This document shows positions 47,568-52,921 of a stretch of DNA of 52,921 nucleotides, in pieces. The DNA lies in contig BFEA01000027.1 of assembly GCA_003427395.1 (NCBI GenBank), forward strand, positions 2,536,197-2,589,117. The letters run 5' to 3'. Within the stretch, counting starts at the first letter, position 1. Each line of letters starts with the position of its first letter. Source of the DNA: Chara braunii. Taxonomy: Eukaryota > Plantae > Charophyceae. The notes beneath the pieces were generated by a model. It worked only from the letters and a program-made list of their open reading frames with translations, was not told the DNA's origin and did not search any database. Made by a program: the position numbers and the translations under genes.

Positions 47568-47948
47568 AGAAGGTGAGAAAACAAAAGAAGGGATAAAAAA
47601 AAAACAATCACTTCAAGCATCACAACGTCATCTCCACAATATCCCATTTCCCTGCTTTCTTAAAACACCTGTGATAGCTGCTGCGATTATATTGAATTAT
47701 TTCTATGTCATTCTGTCCCGCAGGAGAGGCAAGAAGAAAATCAGGAGAAATAGTAGTAGCTAGTACAAGTACTCAGCAGCGAAAACAGCAGTGGTGTGCC
47801 TGCCTTGTGGCTCAATGCTCCCCACAGGCGCGACAGTCAATCAACAGATCAGGGGTTCACATACTGATGGATTCAACAACACTGAGAAGACACGAGCAAG
47901 CGGCGTTTTGAGATCAGCAGTCGGTGATGAGGGACGGGAGTGAGTTAC

Positions 47949-48059
47949 CTCGATGACGCCGGATATTTCCTGGCTGTCAATCTTCGTTTTGATCCAATCG
48001 TTTATCTTGAACGGCCTTGTTGTGTGCAGCATTATCGCGGATAAAAAGTTGGTCACAAT
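47949..48059 (-). CDS. MSL2: MSL2/3-like exon ([37 protein letters not shown])
   Basis: AG/GT boundaries, 111 bp, MscS TM3b/RPF motif. Confidence 0.93.
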
Positions 48060-49113
48060 CTGCCACATCAGCATGATACATCAGACGCACGCTGAGACCG
48101 ATGCTACATCAGCATCACTGGACGACTCAGTAATCCTTTGTGCCTACAACAACCCTGAGCTCCTGAACAAAGCTATTTTTAGAAGCTAAAAAAAAAAAAA
48201 CTATTTTTAGAAGCAAAAAACAAAAAACAAAGCTATTTTTAGAAGCAAAAAACAAATGACAGGAGTACGACAAGTTCGAACTTTGAAAACCTGATTAAAC
48301 CTTGGTGGTTTGGAAAGTTCTTTTCAGACCAAAAAAAAAAAAAAAAAGTTTCCAGACAAAAAAGCAGCACATTGAAGTATGTAAATTTTATAAAAAGACT
48401 ACGAACAAAGAAAGGTTAATAAAAACTCGATCGAACCTCGGTAAGATTTCCAGTCCCAAAAAAATAAGGGACGTGAAAGGTTCATCAGGGAAGAGGAGAT
48501 GGAGATAGAAAGATTAAAAGAGGGCTGATTAAAAAAGAGACAAATGAATGACTGTAACGGAGACCTGATTAAAAGAGGGCAAGAGACAAAAGCTGCATAA
48601 ACATAAAGCGGTTAAAAAAGAACCCTATTCAAACACAGACACAACGATTTTGATTTGACTAAGAGGAGATCTCCGTAAGCGACGAGAAGAAGAACATAAC
48701 AAGATAGCGAGCTATTTGGCGGGCAAAGGTTGACAGATGTACAGCCAGAAAGTGGGTGTGGACGGAGCTCAGGGAGTGACAATCAAGAGGTGGGTGATAA
48801 AGTGATAGTGGGTGCTGTTCTCCCGTAGGAGAACCCTTAAACCGTATGGCCACGGTCCGGGGTAAAGAAGAGAACCATACACCACAGAGACAGGAGCGAA
48901 GATCACTCAAATAGTGTGACACGATGTGACCATAAATGCTGATGTTTGAAAGGATTCAAAAAGTTGCAAATGACGGACAAGTTCACAACCATGCAGAGAA
49001 AATGAGAGGGAGAGGGGGACAGGGAGACAGGGCGACGAGGAGACGGGGACAGGGGCACAGGGCGACAAGGCGACGGGGACAGGGAGAGGGGGAGGGGTGG
49101 GGGGAGGGGNGGG

Positions 49114-49115
<2 letters not shown>

Positions 49116-49191
<76 letters not shown>
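49116..49191. repeat. (GA)n microsatellite (others at ~50288-50397 and ~51690-51765)
   Basis: Direct inspection. Confidence 0.9.
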
Positions 49192-49192
<1 letters not shown>

Positions 49193-49648
49193 GGAAGGGT
49201 GGATGGACCAACGGACAGACCGACCGGCCAACCGACCCCGACAGACTGACAGATGGACCAACCGACTGAACGATCGACCCCGACCAACAGACGGACCAAC
49301 GACACACAGACAGGCAGATCCTGGGTAGAAAGAGTAGATTCTTGGACGTGGTGCAGGCTGGCAGGGAGCATTAGAGAGTCTGCTCAGCATAGCATTGGGA
49401 ATGCAAGCTTAATCAGACTGCGGTCTTTCATGGGGGTTATAGTGAGGAATCCTCGCCTCCTTCTGCTTGTCATCCACACGGTAGAAGACGGATCAGGGGG
49501 ATGCTTCCCATGACAATGGACCACCGTCTTTGCAATAAGACTGACGGACCTTTTTCCCTTTCTCTGCCCAACCAAGGAAAGACAAAAATGGATTTCATAA
49601 ACCAGTTACAGAAGGTATGGGATGTGCAAATGAGCTCCTCTGCAGCAC

Positions 49649-49798
49649 CTCTCTTGCAGCTAGTGTGAGAACGACAGTTCCAAAGCCACCAGCTGTTATC
49701 CACTTCTGAGTGGAAAATCCCATCAGCTCCATGAAAAGGAAAACAGCCGCCACCCACACCAACGTGGAAACAGAATTTCCAATGAATTGGAAACCAAT
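49649..49798 (-). CDS. MSL2: MSL2/3-like exon ([50 protein letters not shown]); earlier exons probably beyond the window
   Basis: AG/GT boundaries, 150 bp, pore-helix region GFSTQKW.TAGG.GTV..TLA.RE typical of MSL2/3. Confidence 0.93.
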
Positions 49799-50286
49799 CT
49801 GCACAAGACAGCCACCACAAATACAGCCATCCACACCAACGAAGTAAAACACTCTTGAGCTTGTCAATGGCAGTCTCGAGGTCGACTGGTTGCCTTAACT
49901 CACAACGTCAACTTCATACCCTCAATCATGTTGCAACTGAGAACACTGATTTGCACATCATTGCAGCCAGAAGATACACACAAAAAAGCTCAAATCCTCT
50001 GAGATTATTATGATAAACAAAAAACTTACAAATAATCAAATGGATGTTCATCACGTTCCCCACCCCAGCTCTGGCAAAAATAGACCGTGGACGGCGTGGA
50101 GTAGCTACCATCAAACCAGAACAAACGCACTGGCCAGCATGGTTGCATAGCCGACTGCCTGGAGTGCCCCTAGCTCGAAGGCGCTGGCCAACCCACAGAC
50201 CAACCCGTCAACGCCCACTAGTTGGCCACTTGTCAGCCTCCATAAGGTGGGGAAGAAAGGTGGTTGGGGGGGGGTCACACAGAGAT

Positions 50287-50401
<115 letters not shown>

Positions 50402-50878
50402 AATCTTCGACGTATTCATTAAAAGAAAAACAACGGTTCACTCACAACTGAACTTGAAAATGAAACGTTTTTTGAAAGTCAAGTTTTACGCTTATAAATC
50501 TCTTTCTTTCTTTCTTTCTTTCTTTTTTCAAACACAAGCCCCTTCTATTCTGGGAGTCACCAGTCCGGTTACTTATCCCCGGCAAGCATGTTTTTACAAA
50601 GACATTAGAAGAAAAGACGAGAAAAAGAGGGTGAGCCCAACCCTCGTGGCACTAGCTGCCTAAACAAGGGGGGGTTTGCTTCTGTACTTCTGACCCCAAG
50701 CCTTTGTCCCTCCGCGGTGGATCACCCTATTGGCCGGGAGGTTTACTAGCAGCACCCAGACGCGCACTAGGGTGGTCCATTGCGGGGCACGGCGCACGGG
50801 ACGGCGTTTCAGACCAGTCGCTGGGGCCACTTATCCCATTAACTACCACCCCTGTTTTCTGCCACTCCAAGCCTTACC

Positions 50879-50987
50879 TACCTTCTTCCCCCGAATACAA
50901 CGTACGGTCATTATAGCTGTATCTAGACTGAAAGATGCCTCAAATACAGCTATAATGACCGTACGTTGTATTCAGGGGAAGAAGGTA
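50879..50987. mobile_element. TA-flanked MITE with near-perfect ~43-bp TIRs
   Basis: TACCTTCTTCCCCCGAATACAACGTACGGTCATTATAGCTGTAT / ATACAGCTATAATGACCGTACGTTGTATTCAGGGGAAGAAGGTA. Confidence 0.85.
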
Positions 50988-51704
50988 GCTCCCAATTCCT
51001 CCTATCATACATTTGTCTATCTCTCAGATGACCCCATTAATCTCATTTCAATCTCTATTAAGCTTTTTTCGGATGTTTTCCCCCCTCGAATGCTGTATAT
51101 AATCTTCCATGCCTCCATGTACACTCTGAGTATACTGTTGTTATGTGCCTCCATTCTATTATTGGTAGCGCCAGCATTTTCCTACTACTCGTCCACATGA
51201 CCCCCTATCCTCTATTCCCACCTCCTCCAGCTTCACTCTGTTTCTTTTTTGCATTGTATAAAGCTCCTTTCTATTGATGGGGAGCATCACATCCTCGGAG
51301 CCGGGCGCAAAGTCCTTGGAATGACATTTGTAGTCAGCACTCAACGCATCCCCATTATTACTACGAAGTTTCGTCTCCGCTCGAAACTTACAGGCACAGA
51401 CTTAGTGCCATTTGACGAGTAACCGAAAATATAGGAGAAGGATATAAGAAAAAAAAAGTGATAAAAAAGAGAGTAATAGCAATCAATAAAGATTTTTCAC
51501 GATCCATTGGTTTATAGAAAATCCATGTTTTAGGTGTTTCAAAATACATGACTTTCACAAAACGTATATAATAAAGGCCTGGGGATCCCTGGCGGCATTG
51601 ATTGCTTCCCTCAAGAAGGATTAAATGCCAGTTAGGCCTACACATATAAACGTCCCCCGTACAAGTTTCACTGAAAATTCCACTTCCAGGAGAGAGAGAG
51701 AGAG

Positions 51705-51767
<63 letters not shown>

Positions 51768-52341
51768 CTAAATCCACAGGAATTCCACCTCCACATAAAG
51801 ACAGACATTCCAATGCAGCTGAGCATTCAATGAATTGCTGTCAGTAAAAGTGGTTGCTATGCTTTTTTTTGCTTTTTTTTTGCTTTTTTTTGGTTGGGGG
51901 GTAGGGAGGGGGGGGGAGAGGGGGGGTGATGGGTTTGGAAACCGGTTGGCATGCTGCTGCTAGTGACACTGCAGAGTCTTTTTTTTTCCTGTCAACTACA
52001 TTTTTAGTTTTATCGGTGAATCTTCACAGAACGGAGATCCAAAAGGAATTCTTGTACCAATGGGCATAGCTAAGTTGGTACACCCATCAACTGTTGAAAT
52101 ACAGACCTGAGTTCGAGCCCAGATGGATCTAGAATCTAGATGAATGAAAACTTGAAAATTTATCGATTTACCTGGGGCTGGTCAGTTCCGCGATGATATC
52201 TCAAGGCCGCCGCCCTTCTTTAAGGACAAGGAGTGGGGGGGGGGGGGGAAGAAGGAAATGGAGTCCTTGTCATGTATCACCCCACACAGCCTAATCAACA
52301 AATCCCATCCACTTTTCAAAGTTTATCCTTTTACAGACATC

Positions 52342-52457
52342 TACCGTCTTCACCCGAATAGAACGTACTGTCATTCTCGCTGCATCTGGATTCTGGACTG
52401 AAAGTTGTGCCAAATACAGGCAGAATGATCGTACGTTTTATTCGGGGGAAGACGGTA
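52342..52457. mobile_element. TA-flanked MITE, same family
   Basis: TA|CCGTCTTCACCCGAATAGAACGTAC ... GTACGTTTTATTCGGGGGAAGACGG|TA, followed by a partial copy of the right TIR. Confidence 0.75.
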
Positions 52458-52729
52458 GTACGTTTTATTTGGGGGAAGACAGTGGAGTCTAGACTCTAAG
52501 TCTACAGTCGAAGCATATCATGTGAAAGTAGTTCAAGTTTCTTCTTCTAATTTAATGTTAACGGTAGAATCTTCACTGTCTCAAGAAATGAAGAATGAAT
52601 AGGGTTGCCCTCTTTTCCCCTACCACATCACGCAGCCTGACTCACAACATCACCTTTCTGAACCTAATCGTGAAATTCCAATCCACACCTTCTGAACCTA
52701 GTATCCTTGACGTTTTTTTCTCAAACAAA

Positions 52730-52814
52730 GACCTCATTATCCACTGTATCAAGGCTGAAAGTTGCACCAAATACAGCTATAATGACCGAGCGTTCTATTC
52801 GGGTGAAGAGGGTA
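52730..52814. mobile_element. Partial MITE copy, same family
   Basis: CTGAAAGTTGCACCAAATACAGCTATAATGACCGAGCGTTCTATTCGGGTGAAGAGGGTA. Confidence 0.6.
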
Positions 52815-52921
52815 GGGTTTTGAGACCCTGTGAATCCAAACCTAACGACAGATCTGCGATCAGGTACTTGTTTTCGCATCTCCCTGCCCCAACCACCCCC
52901 CTCCAGCCGCCCTGCAACAAA

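Overview
Repeat-rich eukaryotic DNA from the green-plant lineage. The gene content, long repeat-filled introns and microsatellite load suggest a streptophyte alga such as Chara; that is an inference. There are two host genes: an intronless PELP1/RIX1-like gene (+, 14409-18149) and the last six exons of a plastid-type MscS-like channel gene (MSL2/3-like, -, 37413-49798), whose 5' part is probably beyond the window. The most interesting region is 2.8-10.45 kb, a head-to-tail array of a decayed Penelope-like retroelement. It has a GIY-YIG endonuclease N-terminal to the RT (Naiad/Chlamys-type order), and an extra upstream gag-like ORF (CCHC knuckle, coiled coil, SAP-like motif) joined in frame to the EN region across UGA-CGG plus a stem-loop (a candidate readthrough signal). 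Three minimal hammerhead-ribozyme motifs lie in its terminal repeats, and (CTT)n flanks the largest copy. Also present: a 5'-truncated L1/Tx1-type LINE and a non-autonomous derivative, a MULE-type MITE with a 9-bp TSD, TA- and TTAA-flanked MITE families, a ~360-bp foldback, nested U6 snRNA retrocopies among four copies of the MSL last-exon acceptor, minisatellites, microsatellites and three assembly gaps.
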